This document shows, one piece after another, positions 1 through 9,414 of a stretch of 64,000 bases of DNA. Source of the stretch: Planctomycetota bacterium (GTDB lineage: Bacteria > Planctomycetota > B15-G4); assembly GCA_038212275.1 (NCBI GenBank), contig JBBQUR010000002.1, forward strand, positions 160,001-224,000, written 5' to 3'. The translations under genes were made by a program, and so were the position numbers. The notes below the pieces were generated by a model. That model saw only the letters and a list, made by a program, of their open reading frames with translations. It was not told the DNA's origin and made no database searches. Every line of letters begins with the position of its first letter. Position 1 is the stretch's first letter.

Positions 1-1003
1 CAGCACGATCACGACGCCGGGCGGCAGCGCTCCGGCATCAGGTTCCGGCAGCGGCGCCGCAGCGCCGGTCAAGGTCGCGACGCGCGACGCCTACGGCAAG
101 GCGCTTGCCGCGCTGGGCGCCGTGCGCCCGGACGTCGTCGTGCTGGAGGCGGACCTCTCGGCCTCCACCAAGACGAACATCTTCGCCAAGGCGTTCCCGG
201 AGCGCTTCCACAACATGGGCGTCTCCGAGGCCAACATGATCGGCGTCGCCTCGGGCCTCGCCTCCACCGGGCTGACCGTCTTCTGCAGCTCCTTCGCGAT
301 GTTCGCCAGCGGCAAGACCTACGAACAGATCCGCCAGGAAATCGCGCTGCCCGTGGCCAACGTGAAGATCTGCGCGACGCACGCGGGCCTCACCGTGGGC
401 GAGGACGGCGCCAGCCACCAGATGCTGGAAGACCTCACGATCATGCGCGTGCTCCCCAACATGACCGTCATCGCGCCGGCCGACGGCACGGAGACCGAGC
501 AGGTCATCGCGGCCGTCGCCGCCATGAAGGGCCCGTGCTACGTGCGGCTCGGGCGCATGAAGACGCCGCAGTTCCTGCCGGCAGACTACCGCTTCCAGAT
601 CGGCAAGGCCGCGCTGCTGCGCAACGGCGAGGCGGTCACGCTCATCGGCACCGGCGTCACGTCGTGGTATGCGCTGCGCGCCGCGGACCTGCTCGCGGCC
701 GACGGCATTTCGGCGCGCGTGCTCAACATGTCGACGATCAAGCCGCTGGACGTGGAGGCGCTCCTCGCCGCGGCCACGGAGACGGGCGGCATCGTCACCG
801 TCGAGGAGCACCAGCGCGCGGGCGGACTCGGCGGCGCCGTCGCAGAGGCGGTCTCCGAGAGCAGGCGCCCGTGCCGCGTCGTGCGCCTCGGCATGCGCGA
901 CCGCTTCGGCGAGAGCGGCGATGGCGAACAACTGCTCGAACACTTCGGCCTCACGGCGCCGGCCATCGCCGCGGCCGCACGCGAACTGCTCGCGCGCGCC
1001 TGA
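1..1003 (+). CDS. Transketolase, C-terminal (pyrimidine-binding) subunit; 5'-partial
   Basis: Frame is open from position 2 (…ATRDAYGKALAALG…). Motifs ADLSAST, PERFHNMGVSEANMIG, GEDGASHQ, TVEEH. Confidence 0.93.
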   Translation, partial: STITTPGGSAPASGSGSGAAAPVKVATRDAYGKALAALGAVRPDVVVLEADLSASTKTNIFAKAFPERFHNMGVSEANMIGVASGLASTGLTVFCSSFAMFASGKTYEQIRQEIALPVANVKICATHAGLTVGEDGASHQMLEDLTIMRVLPNMTVIAPADGTETEQVIAAVAAMKGPCYVRLGRMKTPQFLPADYRFQIGKAALLRNGEAVTLIGTGVTSWYALRAADLLAADGISARVLNMSTIKPLDVEALLAAATETGGIVTVEEHQRAGGLGGAVAEAVSESRRPCRVVRLGMRDRFGESGDGEQLLEHFGLTAPAIAAAARELLARA

Positions 1004-1049
1004 CCCGGCACGCCCACCACGCGCCCACCCACACACGGAGTCCCTGACG

Positions 1050-1922
1050 ATGTCCACCACCGCAACCGCCATCGCGCCTCGCGAAGCGCCCCCCGTGCCC
1101 GACTTCGCGGCCCTCGCCGGCATCGCGCACGACCTGCGCGTCGACGTGCTCACGATGCTCAACAAGTCCGCCTCCGGTCACCCCGGCGGCTCGCTCGGCA
1201 TGGCGGACGTCTTCACCACGCTCTGGTTCGGCGGCTGGATGAACACCGATCCGCAGCGCCCCGACTGGGCCGACCGCGACCGCTTCGTGCTGAGCAACGG
1301 CCACATCTGCCCGATCCTCTACGCGATCCTCGCGCGCAAGGGCTACTTCCCGCGCTCGGACCTCTGGACGCTGCGCAAGCTGGGCTCGCCGCTGCAGGGC
1401 CACCCGGACTTCCACTTCACCAAGGGCGTGGACGCGTGCACGGGCAGCCTCGGCAACGGGCTCTCGGTGGCGCTCGGCATCGCCATGGGAGGACGCCAGC
1501 AGGGAAAGAACTTCCGCGTGTACGCCGGCAGCAGCGACGGCGAGTCGCAGGAAGGCCAGGTCTGGGAGATGGCCACGGCCGCCGCGCACCACGAGGTGGA
1601 CAACCTCTGCGTCATGGTGGACTGGAACGGCATCCAGATCGACGGCTACAACCGGGACGTCATGGACGTGCGTGACCTGCGCGCCAAGTACGAGGCCTTC
1701 GGCTGGCACGCGCAGACCATCGACGGCCAGGACATGCGCGCGGTGGACGGCGCGCTGCGCGTGGCCGCCACCGTGAAGGGGCAGCCGCAAGTCATCCTGT
1801 GCCGCACCGTGCTCGGATGGCCCATTTCGTTCATGCTGAACAAGCCGCACTGGCATGGCGTGGCGCCCGACGATGCCCAGCTCGCGCAGGCGCTGTCGGA
1901 ACTGAACGCCGGGAAGCGCTAG
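1050..1922 (+). CDS. Transketolase, N-terminal (TPP-binding) subunit
   Basis: SGHPGGSLG, DRFVLSNGH, LQGHP, GSLGNGL, SDGESQEGQVWE. GGAG lies upstream of ATG 1050. Confidence 0.93.
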   Translation: MSTTATAIAPREAPPVPDFAALAGIAHDLRVDVLTMLNKSASGHPGGSLGMADVFTTLWFGGWMNTDPQRPDWADRDRFVLSNGHICPILYAILARKGYFPRSDLWTLRKLGSPLQGHPDFHFTKGVDACTGSLGNGLSVALGIAMGGRQQGKNFRVYAGSSDGESQEGQVWEMATAAAHHEVDNLCVMVDWNGIQIDGYNRDVMDVRDLRAKYEAFGWHAQTIDGQDMRAVDGALRVAATVKGQPQVILCRTVLGWPISFMLNKPHWHGVAPDDAQLAQALSELNAGKR

Positions 1923-2048
1923 AACCGCGCTAGAACTAGGCGCCCTTCACGGGGCAGGAGAGCTCGCACCGGCAGGGTGCATCGGTCCGCGCACGGAGCC
2001 ATGCGCCAGACAGCCGCGCGCCATCAAGGCGCGCAAAGGACGGAAGAC

Positions 2049-3344
2049 ATGGCAAAGAGCGGTGGCAAGAGTCCCGGTTTCTCGCGACTGACCGTGACGC
2101 CCACGGTGAACCCGACGCCGGCGCCTGGCGCGACACGCGGCGGTCCCTCCACCGATCCGCGCGGTGCGGGTGAGGGCAGGCCGGCGGCGCCGACGCGCAT
2201 CGAATACTTCGCGCCGTGCACGCTGGGCGTGGAGGCCGCGCTCGCGGCGGAGCTCGCGGAGCTGGGCGCGCAGGAGATTGCCACGCGCCCCGGCGGCGCG
2301 TCCTTCGTCGGCGACAGGAAGCTCGGCTACGCGGCCAACCTCTGGCTGCGCTCGGCCATCCGGGTGCAGGACCTGCTGCTGCGCGCGCCGGCCCGCGGCA
2401 AGGAGCAGCTGTATGCCGCCGTGCAGCGCATCGACTGGTCGCAGTACATGCGCCTCGAGCAGACGCTGGCCATCGACGCCTCGGTGCGCGACTCCGAGCT
2501 CACGCACAGCAACTTCGCGGGCCTCACCGTGAAGGACGCCATCGTCGACCAGTTCCGCACGCGCACCGGGCTGCGCCCCAGCGTGGACGCCGACAATCCC
2601 GACCTGCCGCTGAAGGTCGTGCTCATGAACGATGCGCTCACACTGTGGCGCAATCTCTCCGGCGAGAGCCTGCACAAGCGCGGCTACCGCCCGGTGCAGG
2701 TGAAGAGCCCGCTCAACGAGGCCACCGCCGCCGGCCTGCTGCGCCTCTCCGGCTGGGACCGCGTCTCTCCGCTGGTGGACCCGATGTGCGGTTCGGGCAC
2801 GCTGCTCATCGAGGCTGCGCTGCTTGCGGCCGATCGCGCGCCGGGCATGAACCGCCGTTTCGCCTTCGAGCGCTGGCCCGACCTGGACGTGGAGCTGTGG
2901 CGCTCCGTGCAGGCCGACGCACGCGCGCGCGCCAGAGACACGCTGCCCTTCGCGATCGAGGGTGCGGACCGTCACGGCGGCGCGATCTCCATCGCCGAGA
3001 AGAGCGCACACGACGCGGGCGTCGCGGGCCTCGTGCGCTTCACCGTCGCCGACGCCGCGGACTGGACGCCGGTGAGCGCGATCAAGCACTCCGGCGGGCA
3101 GGGCCCGGCGCTCACCGTCATCACCAACCCGCCCTACGGCGAGCGCATCGGCGAGGGCGAGGACCTCGCCGCGTCCTGGCGTGCGCTGGGACGCTTCCTC
3201 AAGGAGCGCTGCCGCGGCGGCCGCGGCTTCGTACTGACCGGCAACGCGGACCTGCCGCGCCACCTCGGCATGCACGCCTCGCGCCAGATCCCGGTGATGA
3301 ACGGCCCGATCGAATGCCGGCTCTTCGAGTACGAGCTGCGCTGA
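2049..3344 (+). CDS. THUMP-domain RNA methyltransferase (RlmL/YpsC-like)
   Basis: ANLWLRSAIRV, SGESLHKRGYR, DPMCGSGT, TNPPYGERIG, NGPIECR. Start uncertain (1977-2049). Confidence 0.9.
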   Translation: MAKSGGKSPGFSRLTVTPTVNPTPAPGATRGGPSTDPRGAGEGRPAAPTRIEYFAPCTLGVEAALAAELAELGAQEIATRPGGASFVGDRKLGYAANLWLRSAIRVQDLLLRAPARGKEQLYAAVQRIDWSQYMRLEQTLAIDASVRDSELTHSNFAGLTVKDAIVDQFRTRTGLRPSVDADNPDLPLKVVLMNDALTLWRNLSGESLHKRGYRPVQVKSPLNEATAAGLLRLSGWDRVSPLVDPMCGSGTLLIEAALLAADRAPGMNRRFAFERWPDLDVELWRSVQADARARARDTLPFAIEGADRHGGAISIAEKSAHDAGVAGLVRFTVADAADWTPVSAIKHSGGQGPALTVITNPPYGERIGEGEDLAASWRALGRFLKERCRGGRGFVLTGNADLPRHLGMHASRQIPVMNGPIECRLFEYELR

Positions 3345-3544
3345 GGCCCGGCCGCCTGGCGACCGGCGGTTCACGGAAGTTTCATGCAGCGCGCCGCACG
3401 GCGTTCATCGTGGCCCGCGATGTTCTCGTCCAGCCAAAGCGATGACCGGAACCTCGCTCGCGCTTCCACTCGGCGGCCGCTGGGCGCCTCACCATCAAGC
3501 CGCTCCGGTCATCCCGGATGCACCCGCGCCCGCGGAGCATCCTG

Positions 3545-3585
3545 AGGAGGTCTCGCCACCGGGGTGGCGAGACCTCCTTTTCTTT
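3545..3585 (+). terminator. Rho-independent terminator
   Basis: 15-bp perfect stem aggaggtctcgccac / gtggcgagacctcct followed by tttcttt. Confidence 0.85.
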
Positions 3586-3617
3586 GCAGGTGGCTGCCGC
3601 GCGGCGCGGCGCGACCT

Positions 3618-4934
3618 CTAGAGACCGCCGACTCGCTGAACGATCCAGTACGTGGACAGCAGCACGGCGGTCGCGCACGCCGGGAGACGCACGGCGCGCG
3701 GAGCCAGCCAGCGTGACTGCCCGTCGCGCACAGCGTCGCGCACAGCTTCGCGCGCCGTGTCGGGCGCCGCGTCGCGCGCCGTGTCGGGCGCCGCGTCGCG
3801 CGCCGTGTCGGGCGCCGCGTCGCGCGCCGTGTCGGGCGCCGCGTCGCGCGCCGCGTCGCGCGCCGTGTCGGGCGCCGACGTGCTGCTGCGTGACAACATC
3901 GCTCGCCGCCTCGCAAGCGTGGCCGGCAGCGCCATCGCGGCCAGCACGGCCAGCACGGCGGCGACGACGATGAGCTGACCGGCTTCCACGCCCAGGTTGA
4001 AGCCGATGAGCGCGCGCAGCGGCTGCGGCTCGCCGTAGAGCGCCTCGCCGAGGAATCCCGCGAAACCCAGGCCGTGCACGAGGCCGAAGACGAAGGCCTC
4101 GCGCCAGCGCGCCCGCGGCTGCTTCGCGAAAAGCGTGGCGAGGCCGACCCACGCGATGGACAGCGCGATGACGACCTCCACCGGCCGGCTGCTCACGTGC
4201 ACGACGCCTGTCGCCGCGAGCGCCAGAGTCACCGAGTGCGCCAGCGTGAAGGCCGTGATGACACCGAGCAGCGAGCGCAGCGTCCCCGCGGCGAGGATGA
4301 GCGCGGCCACGAACGCGATGTGGTCCCAGCCCGAGAGGATGTGACGGATGCCCAGCTCCACCCAGCCGAGCATCGACCGGGCCTCGGGCGGGGACTCCGG
4401 CGCGAAGTAGCGGCGGAACTGCCCCATCCAGAACTGCGTCTCCAGCGGCTCGCCGCCGTTCCAGACGAGCTGACACAGATCGCTGTGGTCGGGAGCGGAC
4501 TCGCGGAACAGCATCACCTCGAGCATCAGGTCGGGGATCAGCTCCGCCGCGCGGTAGTCCAGCGTGAGGTCCACCCATTGCGTCGGCCAGGCGGCCTCCG
4601 TGTCGGGCGGCGTGGCGGACAGCGCCGCGAGCGTGCCGACGAGCACGGTGCCGGCACGGCCGTCGCCGCCGCTGCCCGCGCGCAGCACGAAGCGTTCGTT
4701 GACGTAGGCGAGGAGCGGGTCGCGCAGCGCCTGCAGCTCGGTGTCGTTCAGCCAGCCGTCGCCGTCGGCATCGGCGTCCGTGCCGAAGACCTCGAGCAGC
4801 GATTGCGCCTGGCAGCGCAGCTCCAGCCGCGCGGCGGCGCCGGTGACCACGACGCGCGACGTGCTCAGCGAATTGGGATGCGGCGGCAGCGCGAGCAGCA
4901 GCGACAGCAGGCACATCGGCAGCATCGGCAGCAT
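3618..4934 (-). CDS. HupE/UreJ family membrane protein with an N-terminal exported domain
   Basis: LGIRHILSGWDHIAFV, TAFTLAHSVTL, FGLVHGLGFA, GFNLGVEAGQ. Signal-like N-terminus followed by HP. Confidence 0.88.
   Translation of the reverse strand: MLPMLPMCLLSLLLALPPHPNSLSTSRVVVTGAAARLELRCQAQSLLEVFGTDADADGDGWLNDTELQALRDPLLAYVNERFVLRAGSGGDGRAGTVLVGTLAALSATPPDTEAAWPTQWVDLTLDYRAAELIPDLMLEVMLFRESAPDHSDLCQLVWNGGEPLETQFWMGQFRRYFAPESPPEARSMLGWVELGIRHILSGWDHIAFVAALILAAGTLRSLLGVITAFTLAHSVTLALAATGVVHVSSRPVEVVIALSIAWVGLATLFAKQPRARWREAFVFGLVHGLGFAGFLGEALYGEPQPLRALIGFNLGVEAGQLIVVAAVLAVLAAMALPATLARRRAMLSRSSTSAPDTARDAARDAAPDTARDAAPDTARDAAPDTARDAAPDTAREAVRDAVRDGQSRWLAPRAVRLPACATAVLLSTYWIVQRVGGL
3723..3877. 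repeat. In-frame 24-nt tandem repeat (DAAPDTAR) inside the HupE/UreJ gene
   Basis: gtgtcgggcgccgcgtcgcgcgcc four times from 3757, plus 12-nt half units. Confidence 0.9.
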
Positions 4935-5016
4935 CGACTCAAGATACCCGGGCGGAGCATCGGTCCGGCCGGCGCCGGATTATGATGCGGGCGTTCCGAG
5001 GCGCTTCGGGGGTGCG

Positions 5017-7452
5017 ATGTCCGACGACGAGCCGGCCTTCGAGGATCCCGAACTTCTGTTCGAGGAATACGTGCAGAGGATCGAGGCGGAGCCCGATCTG
5101 CCGCTCGAACCGCTGCTCGCCCGCGCCGGGCCGCGCGTCGGCGAACTGCAATCGCTGCTGCAGCTGTACGGCGCGATGGAAAGCGTGCGCAATGGCGCCG
5201 CCGTCGACGAGCCTCCACCGGACCTGCTTCTGCAGCGCCTCGGTCGCTTCGAGCGCTTGAAACTCATCGGCGAGGGCGGGCTCTCGCGCGTCTACCTCGC
5301 ATACGACACCCAGCTGCACCGCTCCGTCGCGCTCAAGCTGCTGCACACGCAGCACGTCGACGGCGACGGCGCGCACACCTGGCTGCTGAACGAGGGCCGG
5401 TCGATCGCGCGCCTGGAACATCCGGGCGTCGTGCGCATCATCGAGATGGGCGAGGTCGACGGCATGACCTACATCGCGATGGAGCACGTGCCCGGTCCGA
5501 GCCTGCGCACGGTGCTGGCCTGCCTGCGCGACATGGCGGGGCGCCCGGAAAAGGATGGCCCGCCGATCACGCCCGAGGGGCGCGCGGCGGCCGAGCAGTT
5601 GCTCAGCGTGACGGCGCGTTGCGCGCTCGTCGCCGAACTCGCCGAGGCGGTCGCGTGGTGCCACGAGCACGGCGTCATCCACCGCGACATCAAGCCCGCC
5701 AACGTGCTGCTCGCGGACGGCCTGCACCCGAAGCTGATCGACTTCGGCCTGGCGCACCTGGAATCCGCGCACGCGCTGGCCACCGACATCACGCGGCGGC
5801 TCGTGGGCACGCTGGCGTACATCGCGCCCGAGCAGGTGGACAACAACCGGACCGGCGCCAGCGAGCGCAGCGACCAGTTCTCGCTGGGCGTGCTGCTCGT
5901 GGAGCTGCTGTCGCTGACCAATCCCTTCCGGCGCAACTCGCACACCGAAACCATGGAGGCCATCTCGCGCGCCGAGTCGCCGCGCCCGCGCAAGCTGGAC
6001 CCGGCCATCTCGGAAGACCTCGAACGCATCTGCGTGCACGCGCTGGAGCGCGACGCGCAGCTCCGCTACCCGACGGTGGGCGCGCTCGCCGCCGACCTGC
6101 GGGCCTTTCTCGAGCACCGCGCGATCTCGCTGCGCGCGCCGACGCCCGGCAGGCTCGTCGCGCTGTGGGCTCGGCGCAACCGGCGCCGGCTGCTGCTGCT
6201 CGGCGCGGCCGGCGGCCTGGCGCTCACCCTCGGCGCCGGCGTGCACGCTGCAGGGTTGCGCTCGACGCGCGCCTCGCTGGAGGACGCCGTGAACTCCATC
6301 GCGTCCTCGCTGCCGCAGCACCGCACGCCCCGCGACTTCACCGCCATCTACCTCGAGCTGGACAACCTGCGGCGGCGCGCCGAGGAGTTCGACGACACGA
6401 TGCTGGCAGGCCCGATCTTCGCGCCGATGGCGCCGCGCGTCGCGGACACGGCGCTGGCCTGCTCGCGCCGCGTGAGCGAGCTGTTCAACGAACGCCTGGC
6501 GTCGTTCGAGCACCTCCAGGTCGAGGCCGAGGTCGAGCAGCGGACCGTGGATCTGCTGCAGCAATGGTCCTCGGTGCTCCGGCAGGACCGCCTCGTCTGC
6601 CCGGACAGCCCATACACCGCGGACGCCGCCGCGCGCGGCACCATCGAACTGCCTCAATCCACGCCGACGCACGCGGTGCGGCTCTACCGCTGCGACACCC
6701 TGCCACGCTACCCGGTGGCCTCCGTGCTGGAGGAAGTGCCGGACGCGCGCGAGCTGACCCCCGGCCGGTATCGGCTGCTCGTGCTGGACCGGAGTGCCGC
6801 GGGACGTGCGCCCGACGACCTGTCGAGCGCGCAGGAGATGGAGTTCAGCCTGCGTTACGAAGCGCCGCGCTGGATCGCCACGCCGCATCCGATGTCACCC
6901 GAGCTGCAGGCCTCGCTGCTGGCGTGTCCGGGCGGCCCCATCCGGCTGGGCAACACGGACTCGGAGCTGGTCGTTCCGTGGGAAGAGGTGGGCGTGGAGC
7001 CCTTCTTCATCGCGCCGCGGCCCGTCACCTGGCGCGAGGTCAGCGCCTTGTGGGGAGAGGAGCTGACCGGGAGCTTCGTGCGCATCTATGAGAGTGCGCT
7101 GGCTTCGATGGGCTCGGACTTCAAGCAGCCGGTCGACCTCGACGATCCCGCGGTGCTGACCTGGAGGTTCGCGCAGAAGTTCGCCTCCGAGTCGGGCGCC
7201 CGGCTGCCCACCGTGCTCGAGTGGCGCCTGGCCGTCGGCATGCCCGGCTTCGTCGTCTCCGACGACGCGACCGTGGCCGTGGCCGAGTGGACCTCGGTCG
7301 TCTCGTACGAAGAGCAGAACATGCGCTACCGCGTGAAGTACAAGCAGCGCGAGGATCCGAACTGGCCCCACTGGACCTCGCAGAGTCTGGATTCCGGTCT
7401 CGCTCCGGGAATCGGCTTTCGATTGGCGCGCAGCCGCCCCTTGATGCCGTGA
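5017..7452 (+). CDS. Ser/Thr protein kinase with one TM helix and a degenerate C-terminal FGE/SUMF1-like domain
   Basis: IGEGGLSRVY, VALK, HRDIKPAN, DFG, GTLAYIAPEQ. TM follows RRNRRR. Tail has PVTW, RLPTVLEW, IGFRLAR. TATGAT at 4981 upstream. Confidence 0.9.
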   Translation: MSDDEPAFEDPELLFEEYVQRIEAEPDLPLEPLLARAGPRVGELQSLLQLYGAMESVRNGAAVDEPPPDLLLQRLGRFERLKLIGEGGLSRVYLAYDTQLHRSVALKLLHTQHVDGDGAHTWLLNEGRSIARLEHPGVVRIIEMGEVDGMTYIAMEHVPGPSLRTVLACLRDMAGRPEKDGPPITPEGRAAAEQLLSVTARCALVAELAEAVAWCHEHGVIHRDIKPANVLLADGLHPKLIDFGLAHLESAHALATDITRRLVGTLAYIAPEQVDNNRTGASERSDQFSLGVLLVELLSLTNPFRRNSHTETMEAISRAESPRPRKLDPAISEDLERICVHALERDAQLRYPTVGALAADLRAFLEHRAISLRAPTPGRLVALWARRNRRRLLLLGAAGGLALTLGAGVHAAGLRSTRASLEDAVNSIASSLPQHRTPRDFTAIYLELDNLRRRAEEFDDTMLAGPIFAPMAPRVADTALACSRRVSELFNERLASFEHLQVEAEVEQRTVDLLQQWSSVLRQDRLVCPDSPYTADAAARGTIELPQSTPTHAVRLYRCDTLPRYPVASVLEEVPDARELTPGRYRLLVLDRSAAGRAPDDLSSAQEMEFSLRYEAPRWIATPHPMSPELQASLLACPGGPIRLGNTDSELVVPWEEVGVEPFFIAPRPVTWREVSALWGEELTGSFVRIYESALASMGSDFKQPVDLDDPAVLTWRFAQKFASESGARLPTVLEWRLAVGMPGFVVSDDATVAVAEWTSVVSYEEQNMRYRVKYKQREDPNWPHWTSQSLDSGLAPGIGFRLARSRPLMP

Positions 7453-7587
7453 GCGCGACTCGCTCGCGGCCCGCCCTGCACGATCCTGGAGGTTCGTGCA
7501 CGGTCCGCCGGCCGGCGGACGCCACCACTGCCGAGCAGCGCTCCGTCACCGAGCAGCACGAGGAAGCGGCAGTTCTGGAGATCGGCC

Positions 7588-8019
7588 ATGGCCGGGACGC
7601 TTTACGAATTGGGCCTCATCCGCAGGAAAGACGGCGTGCCCATGCCCGCGTCGGGCGACCCTGATGTGCAGGCCGAGCGCGTGTGCCGCGATGTCGCGAC
7701 GTATCTCAGTCAGCTGCGCGCCGGGGCTGCGAATGCCGCGGCCGCCGCGGCCGCCGCCGCGGCAGGCGGGACGGCTCCCGCGACCACGGTCCCGCAGCCG
7801 ACACCGGACGGCCTCGCCGCGTTTCTGCAGTCCAACTGGCCGGGCGCCGCGGCTGCCGTCGCCAGCGAATACTTCTGGGTCCTCGACCCGATCACGGGCA
7901 TACGCATCAAGTTCTGCATCAACAACGAGGTCGTGCTCACGACCGAGAAGCCCCCGGTGGGCAACGACAAGCCCGTCGATCCGTCGCTCGTGATCAGCTT
8001 CCGGATGCTGATGACCTGA
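7588..8019 (+). CDS. Hypothetical protein (143 aa) with an Ala-rich linker
   Basis: GGAG RBS, host-like codon usage, no recognised motif. Confidence 0.7.
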   Translation: MAGTLYELGLIRRKDGVPMPASGDPDVQAERVCRDVATYLSQLRAGAANAAAAAAAAAAGGTAPATTVPQPTPDGLAAFLQSNWPGAAAAVASEYFWVLDPITGIRIKFCINNEVVLTTEKPPVGNDKPVDPSLVISFRMLMT

Positions 8020-8043
8020 CCGCGCGCGGCCGGCCGCCGCACC

Positions 8044-9414
8044 TCAGCCTTCGCGCACCAGCGCCTCGATGAGCCGCGACAGCTGCACCAGGTCGCGCAG
8101 GTCGAAGGTCTCGACGCGCGAGTGGCTGTTGCGTTGCGGCCAGGCAAGCGGGCAGTCGATCGCGCCCTCGGGCACGAAGCGGCTGCCGTCGTTGCCGCCG
8201 CCCATCGTGCCGAGCTGCAGCGGGATGTCGTGGTGCGAGGCCACCGTGCGCACGGCCGCGAGCGCCGCCGGCGGCGTGATGGACGAGTTGTCCAGCGCGC
8301 GCAGCACGGGGCCGGCGCCGAGCGGCGCGAAGGCGTAGCGCGGGTCTTCGCGCGGGCTGTCGCTGCTGACGAAGGTGTCCACCGCGTAGACGATGGCCGG
8401 CACCGGCCGCAGCGTGCGCGCCGCGACGTCCGCACCCTCCAGGCCGACCTCCTCGCGCGTGGACCAGAGAAAAGTCACCGGGCGCCGCAGCGAGGCGCCA
8501 TGGCCGTCGGCCGCGAGACCCTCCAGCGCGAGCAGCAGCGCGGCGCAGCCGACGCGATCGTCGTTGCTGCGCCCCGCCACGCGATGCGCGCCCAGCGCCA
8601 GCAACTCCTTGGGCACGGTGGCGGTGTCGCCCGGTGCGACGCCCAGCGCCGCGACCTGCGCCGGACTGCGCGCGCCGACGTCCACGAGGAAGGCCTCAGC
8701 GGGCGCCGCGCCCGCGGCGCCGCCCGTGCGGACTGCACTGCCGGTGCCCCCTGCTGCGGGAGCGCCGTTCGCGGCGTTGTCCGGCGCGGCCGGCAGCGCG
8801 ATGCCCGGAAGCACGGCGCCGCTCGCCGTCACCAGTTCGATGGCCGTGCCGCGGTAGAGGTGGTCGTGGAAGCCGCCGAGGCTCCTGCACTCGAGCAAGC
8901 CGTCTTCGTGGATGCCCGTGACGACGAGGCCGATCTCATCGAGGTGCGCGATGAAGGCGATCGGCGCGTCCGCCGCAGCCTTCACGCTTGCAACCGGGAA
9001 CTGCAACCACACGTTGCCGGAGGCATCGATCTGCGGCTGCCAGCGCGGGTCGATGCGGCGCAGCTCGGCCGTGACGGCGTCGGCCACGGGCCCCTCGCGA
9101 CCCGAGACGCCGCGCGCCGCGACGAGCCGCGCGAGCAACGCGGCCGCGTGTCGCTCGTCGTCGGAGCTGCCCGCGACCGGCGCGGACTGGGCCGAGCCAC
9201 GGCCGAAGGCAGGCGCGGCCAAGGCGTCCGCATCCGCAGCACGGGTGCCGACGTGCGCGCCGGCATGCGCGCCGGCATGCGCGCCGACAGCGGCGCCGGC
9301 AGCGGCGCCGGCGCCCTGTCCGTCACCGTCGCCGGCAGCGCTGCAACCGACCGCGACAACGAGCGCGGCACACACGAAGGGCGTCCGCAGGACACGGTCC
9401 GTGAGCGTGCTCAT
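8044..9414 (-). CDS. M42-family (M20/M28 clan) metallo-aminopeptidase, probable lipoprotein
   Basis: GVSGRE, AHLDEIG, NDDRVG, TREEVG, AVDT, GGNDG, NSHSRVE. Lipobox-like AVGC. ATGA overlap with the upstream gene. Confidence 0.87.
   Translation of the reverse strand: MSTLTDRVLRTPFVCAALVVAVGCSAAGDGDGQGAGAAAGAAVGAHAGAHAGAHVGTRAADADALAAPAFGRGSAQSAPVAGSSDDERHAAALLARLVAARGVSGREGPVADAVTAELRRIDPRWQPQIDASGNVWLQFPVASVKAAADAPIAFIAHLDEIGLVVTGIHEDGLLECRSLGGFHDHLYRGTAIELVTASGAVLPGIALPAAPDNAANGAPAAGGTGSAVRTGGAAGAAPAEAFLVDVGARSPAQVAALGVAPGDTATVPKELLALGAHRVAGRSNDDRVGCAALLLALEGLAADGHGASLRRPVTFLWSTREEVGLEGADVAARTLRPVPAIVYAVDTFVSSDSPREDPRYAFAPLGAGPVLRALDNSSITPPAALAAVRTVASHHDIPLQLGTMGGGNDGSRFVPEGAIDCPLAWPQRNSHSRVETFDLRDLVQLSRLIEALVREG

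Noticed and set aside
1916..1940. Short duplication gcgctagaac at the transketolase stop (and a 13-nt duplication at the katG stop, about 50104-50133)
   Set aside because: Too short to call IS footprints, and consistent with the general slippage repeats.
3723..3877. Possible CRISPR array
   Set aside because: Units are contiguous with no unique spacers, lie in frame within a CDS, and no cas genes are present.
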